Shown here: positions 16,775 through 26,694 of the stretch, in pieces
Position numbering within the stretch: position 1 is the first letter of the stretch
How the letters are laid out: each line of letters opens with the position of its first letter
DNA from: Bryobacterales bacterium
GTDB lineage: Bacteria; Acidobacteriota; Terriglobia; Bryobacterales; UBA6623
Direction: 5' to 3'
Assembly (NCBI GenBank): GCA_965218615.1
Contig: CBDCLH010000001.1
Location: 473,447-537,446 of the forward strand
DNA: 64,000 nt
Notes under the pieces: generated by a model
The model's input: the letters and a program-made list of their open reading frames with translations, nothing else
Databases searched by the model: none
Told to the model about the DNA's origin: nothing
Program-made: the position numbers and the translations under genes

Positions 16775-18021
16775 ATAGGCCTTGGAAAGTTCGTGGCGCG
16801 GCACGCCGAGCAGCGGGTTCGCACGGCGCTGACAGATACCCGCATTGTGGCTGTCGTCGGGCCGCGCCAGTCCGGCAAGACGACGCTCGCTCGTCGTATC
16901 GCCAACCATGACGGTCGCCCTTTCATCACGCTCGATGACGCTCAGTTCAGGCGGTGTGCCAAATACGATCCCGCTGGATTCATGCGTGGTCAGAAGGCTG
17001 CGGTAATTGATGAAATCCAGCGTGCGCCAAGTCTCATTCTCGCGCTCAAGCAAGCGGTCGATGAAGATCCGCGTCCCCGGGCGCTACCTGATCACCGGCT
17101 TGGTCGATCTTTTTGGGGGGCTCGATCTCTCCCGATTCGCTTGTGGGCCGCGTCGAAACCATTGAACTCCCGCCTTTTCCCCAAGCGGAAATCACCGGCG
17201 CCGGCTTGCCGGGTTTCTTGGATCGCGCTTTCGCCGGCGATTTTCCGAGCCTTGCGCTGACGGGACCAACAGCTGACTTGATCGAACGAGTTATCTCCGG
17301 CGGCTTTCCCGAAGCCCTTTCCCGTACCGTTCCGGCGCGGCGGCGGAACTGGCTGCGCGACTATGCCCGCGCGCGCGCCGAACGCGATGTCTCCGAGATC
17401 GTCGCGATCGAGAAGCTCGATGAGATGAGTCGTTTGATCGACCACGCGGCTGTTTCCGCAGGCCAATTGCTCAACATGTCCAGCCTCGGATCTCGGCTCG
17501 GCGTAGACAGCAAGACAGTGGATCGCTGGCTTACCTGGCTTGAGCACATGTTCCTGGTCCGGCGTATCCGCGCCTGGCATCGCAACGAGTTGAATAGGCT
17601 CGTCAAGACGCCGAAGCTGCAATTCGTGGATTCCGGTTTGCTCGCGGCGCTCCGGCGGGTGTCCGCGACGGACATCGCGAAGGACCCGCAGAAACTCGGG
17701 CCGCTTCTCAAATGTTTCGTCCATGCGGAACTCGCCAAGGCCGCCGCCCTGTCCGACGAGGGGACGACAATCGGGCATTATCGTGACAAGGATCAGGTCG
17801 AAGTCGATCTGGTCCTGGAGCGTTCAGCGGGCCAAATCGTCGGTATCGGAGTCGAAGCCGGCGCGACGGTGCGTCCCAAGGACTTCAGAGGACTGGCGCG
17901 GCTGAAGGAGGCCACGGGCGATCGGTTCGCTTACGGCATCGTCCTTCATGACGGCGATCGCGTTCAGCAAACTTCTTCCAGACTCTTCGCGATGCCCGTC
18001 AAGATGCTCTGGAAGGCTTGA
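16760..18021 (+). pseudogene. AAA+ ATPase with DUF4143 domain, two +1 frameshifts
   Basis: Walker A is VVGPRQSGKTT. The frame is lost at the C4 run 17075-17078 (expected ...DPRPGRYLITG...) and again at the G6 run 17115-17120 (expected ...VDLFGGSISPDSLVGRVETIEL...). The remainder (17113-18021) is an intact DUF4143 region. Confidence 0.75.
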
Positions 18022-18426
18022 GGCATGGCGGAACCGGCCCGGGCTTCGTTGTGAACGGTCCTTTTTCGGACCGTCGGCCGCCGCCCTTCGCGTTCTCATG
18101 CGATCGCGAGGAACTCCCGTTCGGCGATGCGGATCCCGGCTTCAAGGGCATTCGCGTACTGCACGAAGCCGTCGTAGTCATAAGATCGCGTAAAGACCGC
18201 CATCGAGGGCTCTTCTTTCTGCGAAACACCCGGGCCTGGCAGCGAGTCCAGGTCCATCAAGACCGACCCCAGGAAGTGCGGGCGCCCCCAAGGGTTACGT
18301 CCCCGAGCCCGTGACAGGACGTCGGGGTGAGCGCAGTGCCGATCAAGGGTTTGGACGGGTTCGGGAAGGCAGTGCAGACAGTGCTAAACTGGTGTTCTCA
18401 GCGAGGTGCAGATACCCCCGGCCGCG

Positions 18427-19116
18427 ATGAAGTTCGGCGTCGTCATCTTCCCCGGCTCGAACTGCGACCACGATGCAATCTATGCGTTGTCGCATAACCT
18501 CGGCCAGAACGTGACCGAGATCTGGCACGAGTCCGCGGATTTGGGCGATGTCGACGCGGTCTTCCTGCCAGGTGGGTTTTCCTACGGCGACTACCTGCGT
18601 TGCGGCGCGATTGCCGGGTTTTCGCCAGTGATCCGGTCCGTGCGCAGGTTCGCCAACTCCGGAGGTCTGGTGCTCGGCGTGTGCAACGGGTTCCAGATCC
18701 TTGTTGAAGCCGGCCTGTTGGAAGGCGCGCTGATTCGGAATCAGGGACTGCGGTTCCGCTGCCGTACCGTCGACCTGGTCCCCGCCACCCAAGACTCGGC
18801 CTTCACCAGCGCCTGCCCGCACGACAGGCCGCTGAGGATCCCCATCGCGCACGGCGAGGGCTGCTTCTATGCAGACGAGACGACGCTCGACCGGCTCGAG
18901 TCCGAAGACCGCATCGCGTTCCGCTACGCAGGAGACAACCCCAACGGGTCGCGCCGGGCGATTGCCGGCGTGCTCAGCGAAGGCCGCAACGTCCTGGGCA
19001 TGATGCCGCACCCGGAGCGCGCCTGTGACAGCGCCGTCGGCTCGACCGACGGACGCGCCGTCTTTTACTCGATGATCGCAGCCACGGAGGCTGTGCACGC
19101 GGGCCATGTCGGCTGA
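18427..19116 (+). CDS. purQ: Phosphoribosylformylglycinamidine synthase subunit PurQ
   Basis: [40 protein letters not shown]. Overlaps purL by 11 nt. Confidence 0.9.
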   Translation: MKFGVVIFPGSNCDHDAIYALSHNLGQNVTEIWHESADLGDVDAVFLPGGFSYGDYLRCGAIAGFSPVIRSVRRFANSGGLVLGVCNGFQILVEAGLLEGALIRNQGLRFRCRTVDLVPATQDSAFTSACPHDRPLRIPIAHGEGCFYADETTLDRLESEDRIAFRYAGDNPNGSRRAIAGVLSEGRNVLGMMPHPERACDSAVGSTDGRAVFYSMIAATEAVHAGHVG

Positions 19117-21358
19117 AGTCAACGAGCGCATCGCCGCCGAGCATGGACTGACAGGAGAGGAATACCAGCGCGTACGGGAGCGGCTCGGGCGGATCCCGAC
19201 GATCACGGAACTCGGCATTGTCGGCGTGATGTGGAGCGAGCACTGCTCTTACAAGAGTTCCCGGCTGCACCTGAAGAAGCTGCCGACAGGCGGCGAACGC
19301 ATCCTGATCGGGCCCGGAGAAAACGCCGGAATCGTCGACATCGGCGGCGGCTGGGCGGCTGCCTTCAAGATCGAATCCCACAATCACCCCAGCTACATCG
19401 AGCCGTTTCAAGGGGCGGCGACCGGTGTCGGAGGCATCCTCAGGGACATCTTCACCATGGGCGCGCGTCCCGTCGCGGTCTTGGACGCCCTGCGTTTCGG
19501 CCCTCCGGACGATCCCGAGTGCGGAGCCGCCAATCGGCGCATCGTGCGCGGGGTGGTCGAAGGCATCGCGCACTACGGCAACTGCATCGGCGTCCCAACG
19601 ATCGGCGGCGAGTGCGTCTTCGATGCCTGCTTCAGCGCCAATCCGCTTGTCAACGTCTTCGCGCTCGGCGTGTTCCGACAGGATTCGATCTTCCTCGGTT
19701 CCGCCAAGGGAGTCGGCAATCCGGTGATCTATGTCGGCGCCAAGACCGGCCGCGACGGCATCCAGGGGGCTTCGATGGCCTCGGCCGAGTTCGACGAGGA
19801 CTCGGAGGCCAAGCGCCCGAATGTACAGGTCGGGGATCCCTTCCTGGAGAAGCTGCTGCTCGAAGCCTGCCTGGAAGCGATGGAGACCGACGCCATCCTC
19901 GGCATCCAGGACATGGGGGCCGCCGGGCTAACGTGCTCGACGGCCGAGATGGGCAGCCGCGGCGGTGTCGGCATCGAGATCGAATTGAATCGGGTGCCGC
20001 AGCGCGAGGACGGCATGACGCCCTACGAGATCATGCTCTCCGAATCCCAGGAGCGCATGCTGATGGTCGCCGAACGCGGACGCGAGTCGGAGGTTCTCGA
20101 CGTCTTCCGGAAGTGGGGCCTCGATGCCGTCGAGATCGGAACCGTTACTGCGGACGGCCACTTGCGCGTCCGACACCACGGAACGGTCGTGGCCGAACTG
20201 GGGACCGATTTCCTCAGCGAGGACGCTCCGCTGTACGATAGGCCGCACACGATGCCGCTCCGCTCCGCCCCGCTCGAGGGTCCAGAACTGGCCGAAGCGT
20301 CTGGAGAGGAGTTGCTCGCCGCGCTGGAAACCCTGCTGGCTTCCCCGGAATTGGGCTCCAAACGCTGGATCTGGGAGCAGTACGACTACCAGGTGCGAAC
20401 CAACACGACCGCCGGACCGGGCGCGGATGCCGCCGTGATACGCATCAAGGAAGCGGGCATCTCGCTGGCGATGTCCCTCGACGGCAATTCGCGCTACTGC
20501 GCGCTGGACCCGCGCCAGGGAACGCGGCTGATCGTGGCCGAGTGCTGCCGCAACCTAGCCACCGTGGGGGCGACGCCCATCGCCGCGACCAACAACCTGA
20601 ACTTCGGCAACCCCGAGAAGCCGGAAATCATGGCGCAACTGGTGGAGTCGATCGAAGGCATGGGCGAGGCCTGCCGGCACTTCGGCACTCCAATTACCGG
20701 GGGCAATGTGAGCCTCTACAACGAGACGCTGGGCCAAGGCATCGATCCGGCGCCGGTGATGGGAATCGTCGGGATTCTCGAGCACACCGCAGCCCCCGTA
20801 GGCCCGTGCTTCGAGGCTCCGGGCCACGTGATCATTCTGCTCGGCGGTCTGCTGCCGAGCAGCGACGACCGGCTGGATCTCCGGTTCGGCTCGACGCAGT
20901 ATGCCAAGACCGTGCTCGGGCAGAGCTGGGGCCTCCCCCCCGCGCTGGATCCCGAGTACGAATCCGCCGTGCACGCAGCCACGCGCAATATCGTCCACAG
21001 CGGACTTGCCCGCTCCGTGCACGACGTCGGCTGCGGGGGACTGACGGTCGCCCTGGCCGAGTGCTGCTTCGGGCCCAGCCCAGTCGGCGCCAGGATTGCG
21101 CTAGCCACGGAACTGGCCGCCCGCGAAGCGCTCTTTCACGAAGCGCCCTCGCGCGTGTTGATTTCCGTCGCACCCGCCGACGCCGCAGCCGCACTTGCGA
21201 TGGCCTCGGGCTTGGGCGTCGAGGCCCTGCCGATCGGCGAAACCGTCGACGGGGAAGTGATCGTCCACTTCAACGGAACCACGTGCTTTCGCGCCCCCCT
21301 CTCCCGCCTGCACGCGCTCTGGGACACGGCATTTGAGAGTCTGCTGGAGACGCAATGA
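19106..21358 (+). CDS. purL: Phosphoribosylformylglycinamidine synthase subunit PurL
   Basis: 750-aa ORF. Motifs: [48 protein letters not shown]. Confidence 0.9.
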   Translation: MSAEVNERIAAEHGLTGEEYQRVRERLGRIPTITELGIVGVMWSEHCSYKSSRLHLKKLPTGGERILIGPGENAGIVDIGGGWAAAFKIESHNHPSYIEPFQGAATGVGGILRDIFTMGARPVAVLDALRFGPPDDPECGAANRRIVRGVVEGIAHYGNCIGVPTIGGECVFDACFSANPLVNVFALGVFRQDSIFLGSAKGVGNPVIYVGAKTGRDGIQGASMASAEFDEDSEAKRPNVQVGDPFLEKLLLEACLEAMETDAILGIQDMGAAGLTCSTAEMGSRGGVGIEIELNRVPQREDGMTPYEIMLSESQERMLMVAERGRESEVLDVFRKWGLDAVEIGTVTADGHLRVRHHGTVVAELGTDFLSEDAPLYDRPHTMPLRSAPLEGPELAEASGEELLAALETLLASPELGSKRWIWEQYDYQVRTNTTAGPGADAAVIRIKEAGISLAMSLDGNSRYCALDPRQGTRLIVAECCRNLATVGATPIAATNNLNFGNPEKPEIMAQLVESIEGMGEACRHFGTPITGGNVSLYNETLGQGIDPAPVMGIVGILEHTAAPVGPCFEAPGHVIILLGGLLPSSDDRLDLRFGSTQYAKTVLGQSWGLPPALDPEYESAVHAATRNIVHSGLARSVHDVGCGGLTVALAECCFGPSPVGARIALATELAAREALFHEAPSRVLISVAPADAAAALAMASGLGVEALPIGETVDGEVIVHFNGTTCFRAPLSRLHALWDTAFESLLETQ

Positions 21359-22857
21359 CCAGAAATTCTACGTTCTCTGTGAGCCGCCTGGCCGCTGTTG
21401 ACGACGGGGACCGCTTCCACGAGGAGTGCGGCATCTGCGCGATCTTCGGCCACCCCGAGGCTGCGAATCTCGCGTACCTCGGACTCTACGCGTTGCAGCA
21501 CCGTGGCCAGGAAAGCGCGGGTATCTGTGCCAGCGATGGCGCGACCATTCATACGCGCAAGGGGATGGGTCTCGTCAACGAGATTTTCGGTGAGGCCGAA
21601 CTGCAGCAGCTCAAGGGCCACATGGCGATCGGCCATACCCGCTATTCGACGGCCGGGGATACCAGCCCCCTCAATGTGCAGCCGTTCTACGTCGAGTGCA
21701 ACAAGGGAGCGCTGGCCGTCGCGCACAACGGCAACTTGACCAACGGGCATCTGCTTCGGCAGGAGATCGAGATGTCGGGCTCGATCTTCCAGGCCACGAG
21801 CGACACCGAAGTCATCCCGCACTTGATGGCCCGTTCCCGAGAGCCCAGCTTGTGGCACGCGCTGCGCGAATCGCTGCTGCGCCTGGAAGGCGCCTATTCT
21901 CTGGCCCTGCTGGGCCGAGACCGCATCATCGTGGCCCGCGACCAGCGCGGCTTCCGGCCCCTGGCCTACGGATGCATGCAGCACGAAGGCCGCGATGTCC
22001 ATGTGTTCGCCTCGGAGACCTGTGCGTTCGACCTGATTGGGGCCCAGTACGTGGACCAGGTCGAGCCCGGCGAGATGATCGTCGTGAGCGCCGAAGGCCT
22101 CGTGCGTCAGCAGTTCGCCCCGCCCCTCTCCCGGTCGCAATGCGTGTTCGAGCACGTGTACTTCGCACGGCCCGATTCGACCGTGTTCGGGCGCCCCGTG
22201 CACGAGTCCCGCGAGGCGCTGGGGCGTTGCTTGGCCCGCGAGAGCCCTGTGGAGGCGGACTGCATCGTTCCGGTTCCAGACTCTGGAAACGCGGCCGCTC
22301 TCGGCTTCTCCAGCGAGTCGGGCATCCCGTTCCGGCTTGGCCTGATCCGCAACCACTATGTCGGCCGGACCTTCATCGAGCCGAAGCAGTCGATCCGAAA
22401 CTTCGGAGTCAAACTCAAGCTCAACCCCGTGCGGCACATCGTCGCGGGCAAGCGCGTGGTGCTCGTCGATGACTCGCTCGTGCGGGGCACCACCAGCCGC
22501 AAGATCGTGGGCATCATGCGCGATGCGGGCGCCCGCGAGGTCCACTTGCGGATTTCCTGCCCACCCACAATCGCCTCCTGCTACTACGGTGTCGACACGC
22601 CGGACCGCAGCGAACTGATCGCCAACCGGATGTCCGTCGAGGAGATCCGGCAGCACACCGGGGCGGATTCCCTGGCCTACCTCTCGATGAAAGGCCTGAA
22701 GCAAGCGGTGGCGGACGGAAAAGGTGAATACTGCTACTCCTGCTACACGGGCAAGTACCCCACCGAACTCGTGCAAATCGACCGGCTCGTCGAGGACTAC
22801 CGTATGAAGAACACCGCGGAACAGCGATTCGCCTGGCGCTCGCGCCAAGCCGAATAG
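21355..22857 (+). CDS. purF: Amidophosphoribosyltransferase
   Basis: The propeptide is followed by CGICAIFG. Motifs: [36 protein letters not shown], and the C-terminal Cys cluster [10 protein letters not shown]. Overlaps purL by 4 nt. Confidence 0.9.
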   Translation: MTRNSTFSVSRLAAVDDGDRFHEECGICAIFGHPEAANLAYLGLYALQHRGQESAGICASDGATIHTRKGMGLVNEIFGEAELQQLKGHMAIGHTRYSTAGDTSPLNVQPFYVECNKGALAVAHNGNLTNGHLLRQEIEMSGSIFQATSDTEVIPHLMARSREPSLWHALRESLLRLEGAYSLALLGRDRIIVARDQRGFRPLAYGCMQHEGRDVHVFASETCAFDLIGAQYVDQVEPGEMIVVSAEGLVRQQFAPPLSRSQCVFEHVYFARPDSTVFGRPVHESREALGRCLARESPVEADCIVPVPDSGNAAALGFSSESGIPFRLGLIRNHYVGRTFIEPKQSIRNFGVKLKLNPVRHIVAGKRVVLVDDSLVRGTTSRKIVGIMRDAGAREVHLRISCPPTIASCYYGVDTPDRSELIANRMSVEEIRQHTGADSLAYLSMKGLKQAVADGKGEYCYSCYTGKYPTELVQIDRLVEDYRMKNTAEQRFAWRSRQAE

Positions 22858-23005
22858 GGATCCCGCAAGCCAGGTCCATTGGAACCCAGGTAGGCGGTCC
22901 AGCTGCGCCAGGGTTTGCCCCGCCAGCGAAACCGTGTAAGCTCAAGGGCGTCGGTTTCGGCGCCCCTGGCGGCGCACCGTACGGACCGAGAGGAGGCTCG
23001 CACTC

Positions 23006-23956
23006 ATGCCACGCGCAATACTCGCATGCATTTTCTTCTTTTTGGGGGGACTCGCCTGTATCGTCACGACCCAAGACGAGGCTAGAGAGGCCCTCGCCTA
23101 CCAAGTCGTGCACGGCTGGCCCGCGCTGCCGGAGGGCTATGCGCTCGGCCAAGCGACGGGAGTCGCCGTGGATCCGCAGAACCGCGTCTGGGTGTCCCAT
23201 CGGGCCGCGCGCACCATCCTGTGCCTCGACAGCGACTCGGGCGAGATTTTGTCGTCCTTCGGAGATGAAAAGTTCTCAGATCCTCACGGACTCTCGGTCG
23301 ACTCGGACAACAACATCTGGGTGGCCGATGCCAAAGACCATGTCGTCTACAAGTTGAGCCCGGAGGGCGAGACCCTGCTCACCGTGGGGATCCATGGCGA
23401 AGCCGGGGAGGACGAACAGCGGTTCAACATGCCGACCGATCTCGAGATCGGCCCGGACGGCTCCATCTATGTCACCGACGGGTACGGCAACAGCCGAGTG
23501 GTCAAACTGGACGGCGAAGGGAACTTCCAGCATGCGTGGGGCGTCAAGGGGACCGGCTCCGGGGAATTCGATACGCCGCACGGGATCGCGGTCGACGGCG
23601 AGGGACGCGTCTACATCGCCGACCGCGGGAATTCGCGCGTGCAGGTCTTCGATGCCGACGGCGAGTTTCTCGACCAGTGGAAGAGCGAAACGCTCGGGCG
23701 TCCGTGGGGCGTCGACATCACGGCGGACGGGAATGTCGTCGTGGCCGACGGCGGGGATCTCACCAATACGGCGTACGACCGCAACGGCGCGCTGCTAGTG
23801 CAGCCGAGCGGCGAGATCCTCGAGCGCTGGGGGTCCTACGGCAGCCAGGACGGTCAGTTCTATTGGGCGCACGACATCGCTGCCGGCGCCGATGGCGCCG
23901 TCTACGTCGTCGATGTCAACGTCGGCATGCGCGTGCAGAAATTCGTGCGCCGCTGA
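23006..23956 (+). CDS. Secreted NHL-repeat six-bladed beta-propeller protein
   Basis: Signal or anchor (AILACIFFFLGGLAC), then repeated blades (NIWVADAKDHVVYKL, SIYVTDGYGNSRVVKL, RVYIADRGNSRVQVF, AVYVVDVNVGMRVQKF). A GAGAGGAGG RBS lies upstream. Confidence 0.8.
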   Translation: MPRAILACIFFFLGGLACIVTTQDEAREALAYQVVHGWPALPEGYALGQATGVAVDPQNRVWVSHRAARTILCLDSDSGEILSSFGDEKFSDPHGLSVDSDNNIWVADAKDHVVYKLSPEGETLLTVGIHGEAGEDEQRFNMPTDLEIGPDGSIYVTDGYGNSRVVKLDGEGNFQHAWGVKGTGSGEFDTPHGIAVDGEGRVYIADRGNSRVQVFDADGEFLDQWKSETLGRPWGVDITADGNVVVADGGDLTNTAYDRNGALLVQPSGEILERWGSYGSQDGQFYWAHDIAAGADGAVYVVDVNVGMRVQKFVRR

Positions 23957-24034
23957 ACGGCTCCTCGAACCGGGTCGCCGGTGTATACTGTTGCCATCCC
24001 GGGCCGAACACGAGCGCGGGGACCGGGAGGCATC

Positions 24035-24880
24035 GTGAAAATCAGGAGCGTTTTCGTCGCAGGGTTCTTCATGCTGGCGTCCGCCTTGGGAACTTCCGCC
24101 CAGGCAGACAGCCACAAATACTTCAATACCGTCAAGCAGAAGCTTGCGGAGGGCAAGCAGGTCGTCGGCGGAACGATCACCACCTCCGATCCCACCGTGT
24201 ACTGTTCCATGGCGCACGCTGGATTCGACTTCCTCTGGATCGAGATGCAGCACAGCCCGCTCAGCTACGCGCAGGTCGCGCGCATGATCTGGGCCTGCCG
24301 GGAAGCCCCGGCGATCCCGTTCGTCCGTGTGCCCACCGCCACCGAAGGCGATATCCAGAAAGCTACCGACATGGGTGCGCTCGGCATTGTGGTTCCGATG
24401 GTCGATAGCGTGCAGGAGGCCGAGGACGGCGTCACCTACGCGAAGTTCCCACCGCGCGGCAAGCGCAGCCAGGGTGGAGGCCAGTACGGTCGACTGTGGG
24501 GCCCTCGCTACCGCGAGCTCGCCAACGACAACATCATGGTCGTGGTCATGATCGAGTCGCCGGCGGGGGTGGACATCGTCGACAAAGTCGCCGCCATTGA
24601 CGGGGTCGACGTCGTATTCGCCGCCAGCGGCGACATCGGCAGTTTCACGGGTTGGGAGCGCGACGACCCGCGCTACATGGCGCTGATTGAGAAGATCAAG
24701 GTCGAGACATTGAAGGCCGGCAAGGTGCTCGCCGGACCGCTGGCATGGCGCGATCGGGAAGGGTTCATGTTCTTCCAAGGGCCCTCGGAAGGCAGCCTGA
24801 TCCGAGACGGGGCCAAGGCGGCCCTCCAGCAGGCCCCAGCAGCCATGAAGGATGTCGCGACGGGCGACGAGGCCAACTAG
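24035..24880 (+). CDS. HpcH/HpaI aldolase-family protein with an N-terminal Sec signal peptide
   Basis: GTG at 24035, preceded by GGGAGG. VKIRSVFVAGFFMLASALGTSAQA, then FDFLWIEMQHSP, PFVRVP, GALGIVVPMVDS, YAKFPPRGKRS. Confidence 0.7.
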   Translation: MKIRSVFVAGFFMLASALGTSAQADSHKYFNTVKQKLAEGKQVVGGTITTSDPTVYCSMAHAGFDFLWIEMQHSPLSYAQVARMIWACREAPAIPFVRVPTATEGDIQKATDMGALGIVVPMVDSVQEAEDGVTYAKFPPRGKRSQGGGQYGRLWGPRYRELANDNIMVVVMIESPAGVDIVDKVAAIDGVDVVFAASGDIGSFTGWERDDPRYMALIEKIKVETLKAGKVLAGPLAWRDREGFMFFQGPSEGSLIRDGAKAALQQAPAAMKDVATGDEAN

Positions 24881-24893
24881 CCGCCGAGCGGAC

Positions 24894-24911
24894 AGCATCC
24901 CGGCGGATGCT
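24894..24911. terminator. GC hairpin between convergent genes (possible bidirectional terminator)
   Basis: AGCATCC-CGGC-GGATGCT, a 7-bp stem with a 4-nt loop, in the 35-nt gap between the stops at 24880 and 24916. There is no U-tract. Confidence 0.3.
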
Positions 24912-24915
24912 CGGG

Positions 24916-25821
24916 TTAGCCTTTGAAGACCAGCAGGAACAGGTACAGTAGCGGAAGGTAAAGCACCGAGGCGCGCAACAGTTCGCGCGCCTGAACACCC
25001 GTACCCCGTTGCGCCAGCCGGACCCCGAAAACCAGGTACGCGATGCCCAGCAGGCATGCCGGGAAGGCGTACCAGGCAGAGGCCATCCCCAGCCAAGCCG
25101 GAGCGATGGAGAGCGGGATCAGCGCTGCAGAACTGACGATGATCTGTCGGCTGGTCGACTCGCCTGAAGGCTCGATTACGGGCAGCATCCGGACGCCCGC
25201 GCGGCGGTAGTCCTCACGGTACATCCACGCAATCGCATAGAAGTGGGGGAATTGCCACAGGAAGAGGATCCCGAACAGCACCCAAGCCTCCAGGCCAAGT
25301 TCGTTGCGCCGGGCCGCCCAGCCCAACAGCGGTGGGACGGCGCCTGGGAAGGCGCCCAACAGGGTCGACCACCAAGTGCGGGTCTTAAGGGGTGTGTAGA
25401 CGAAGTTGTACGCGACGACCGTGCACAATCCCAGGACAAAGCTCAGTGCGTTGACCTTGGCCAGCAGGTAGACCAGTCCTGCCAGGATCAAACCGGCCGC
25501 GAACAGAAGGGCCGCCTGCGGCTGGACCCGGCCCGCCGGCAACGGACGCTCCCAGGTGCGCCGCATCCGGGCATCCACGCCGCGCTCCCACCACTGGTTC
25601 AGGGCGCCAGTGCCCGCCGCCAGCAGCGCGGTGGCGAACAGCGTATGCAGCAAGGATCCTACGGACACAGGACCCTCAACCGCCAAGTACCAGCCCATTG
25701 CCGTCGACATCAGGATCAGCCAGACGATCGACGGCCTGGTCAACTCGTAGTAGTCCGTCAGGACGGCCGACAGACCGGCATGCTGGGACACGCGCGCCGT
25801 CGTTTGCGGATTGCTGGCCAT
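24916..25821 (-). CDS. ctaB: Protoheme IX farnesyltransferase (heme O synthase)
   Basis: Polytopic membrane protein with ALNQWWERGVDARMRRTWERPLPAGRV and FLWQFPHFYAIAW. Last gene of the respiratory cluster. Confidence 0.85.
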   Translation of the reverse strand: MASNPQTTARVSQHAGLSAVLTDYYELTRPSIVWLILMSTAMGWYLAVEGPVSVGSLLHTLFATALLAAGTGALNQWWERGVDARMRRTWERPLPAGRVQPQAALLFAAGLILAGLVYLLAKVNALSFVLGLCTVVAYNFVYTPLKTRTWWSTLLGAFPGAVPPLLGWAARRNELGLEAWVLFGILFLWQFPHFYAIAWMYREDYRRAGVRMLPVIEPSGESTSRQIIVSSAALIPLSIAPAWLGMASAWYAFPACLLGIAYLVFGVRLAQRGTGVQARELLRASVLYLPLLYLFLLVFKG

Positions 25822-25854
25822 GCTGACCGCGTATCCGGGAAGCTTCCCGGATCG

Positions 25855-26661
25855 TTACCCGATGAATGCGAAGTCGACCTGCTTGCTTTCGCTGGCGCCG
25901 ACCGTGATCTCGGTCTCCTGCTCGCCGAACTGCTCGTGTACGGCCTGCAGCGTATAGGTGCCGGGAGGGAGATTGCCGATTTCAAATGAGCCGTCCGCAC
26001 CGGTCACCGCGAAATACGGATGCTCGATCACATGGATGTAGGCCTGCATCCAGGGATGGATATTGCACTTGACCGCGATCTTCATCTCCGCGCGAGGAAA
26101 GCTGTAGTTAATCGCGGGCGCGCCGGACGTCTGGGACTTGTTCCACTCCCGGTTCTCCCGTGGTAGGGGATGGACGTTGTGCGTGGTCTCGTCGGAGTTG
26201 GTGATGTTGAGCGCCTGGCCCCTCTGGACGGCCACGACGTGCGGCCTGTAGATGCAGCCGACTTGGTTCAGGTTCACGAGATCGCTGCGCACGGGGAACT
26301 GCTTCCCCTCCAATCCCTTGGAAATCCGTACCAGCACGTGCCGGAGCTTGCCGTCGGTCACCACGGCGCGGTCCGAAGGCACGCGTCCCTGGTGCAGCTT
26401 CATGCAGTCCGGCTCCGCGCTCATGTTGACTGGTGGAAAGCGCGGCAAATCCCCGGAGAACGACACAACTCCGCTGAGAGTGGCGGCTGTACCGGGGTCG
26501 ACTTGCACCATGACTGCGCTGGCCGCGGATCCGCCGTCCTCCTCGCCGCTGGCGCCGCCGGACCTGGCGTCGTACTCGTCGAAATAGTTGTCCCCTCCGC
26601 AGGCGTAGGCGAGAGCCAACGCTGGGACGAGCAACAAGGCCCAGAAATTACGATTGAACAC
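25855..26661 (-). CDS. Lipoprotein: cupredoxin-like domain (amicyanin-type C-x2-H-x2-M) + carboxypeptidase-regulatory-like domain
   Basis: Lipobox LALAYAC. Putative type-1 copper ligands are TTHNVH and CNIHPWM. The C-terminus reads GADGSFEIGNLPPGTYTLQAVHE. Confidence 0.65.
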   Translation of the reverse strand: MFNRNFWALLLVPALALAYACGGDNYFDEYDARSGGASGEEDGGSAASAVMVQVDPGTAATLSGVVSFSGDLPRFPPVNMSAEPDCMKLHQGRVPSDRAVVTDGKLRHVLVRISKGLEGKQFPVRSDLVNLNQVGCIYRPHVVAVQRGQALNITNSDETTHNVHPLPRENREWNKSQTSGAPAINYSFPRAEMKIAVKCNIHPWMQAYIHVIEHPYFAVTGADGSFEIGNLPPGTYTLQAVHEQFGEQETEITVGASESKQVDFAFIG

Positions 26662-26694
26662 GCAGGAAATACCTCCGAAAAAGCGTTTCTAGTC

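Noticed and set aside
18022-18426. Expected purS gene upstream of purQ. A 56-codon minus-strand ORF is present (MDLDSLPG...AVFTRSYDYDGFVQYANALEAGIRIAEREFLAIA, about 18098-18268).
   Set aside because: No frame in this gap resembles PurS. The small ORF has no recognisable family and is below the size at which I can support a call.
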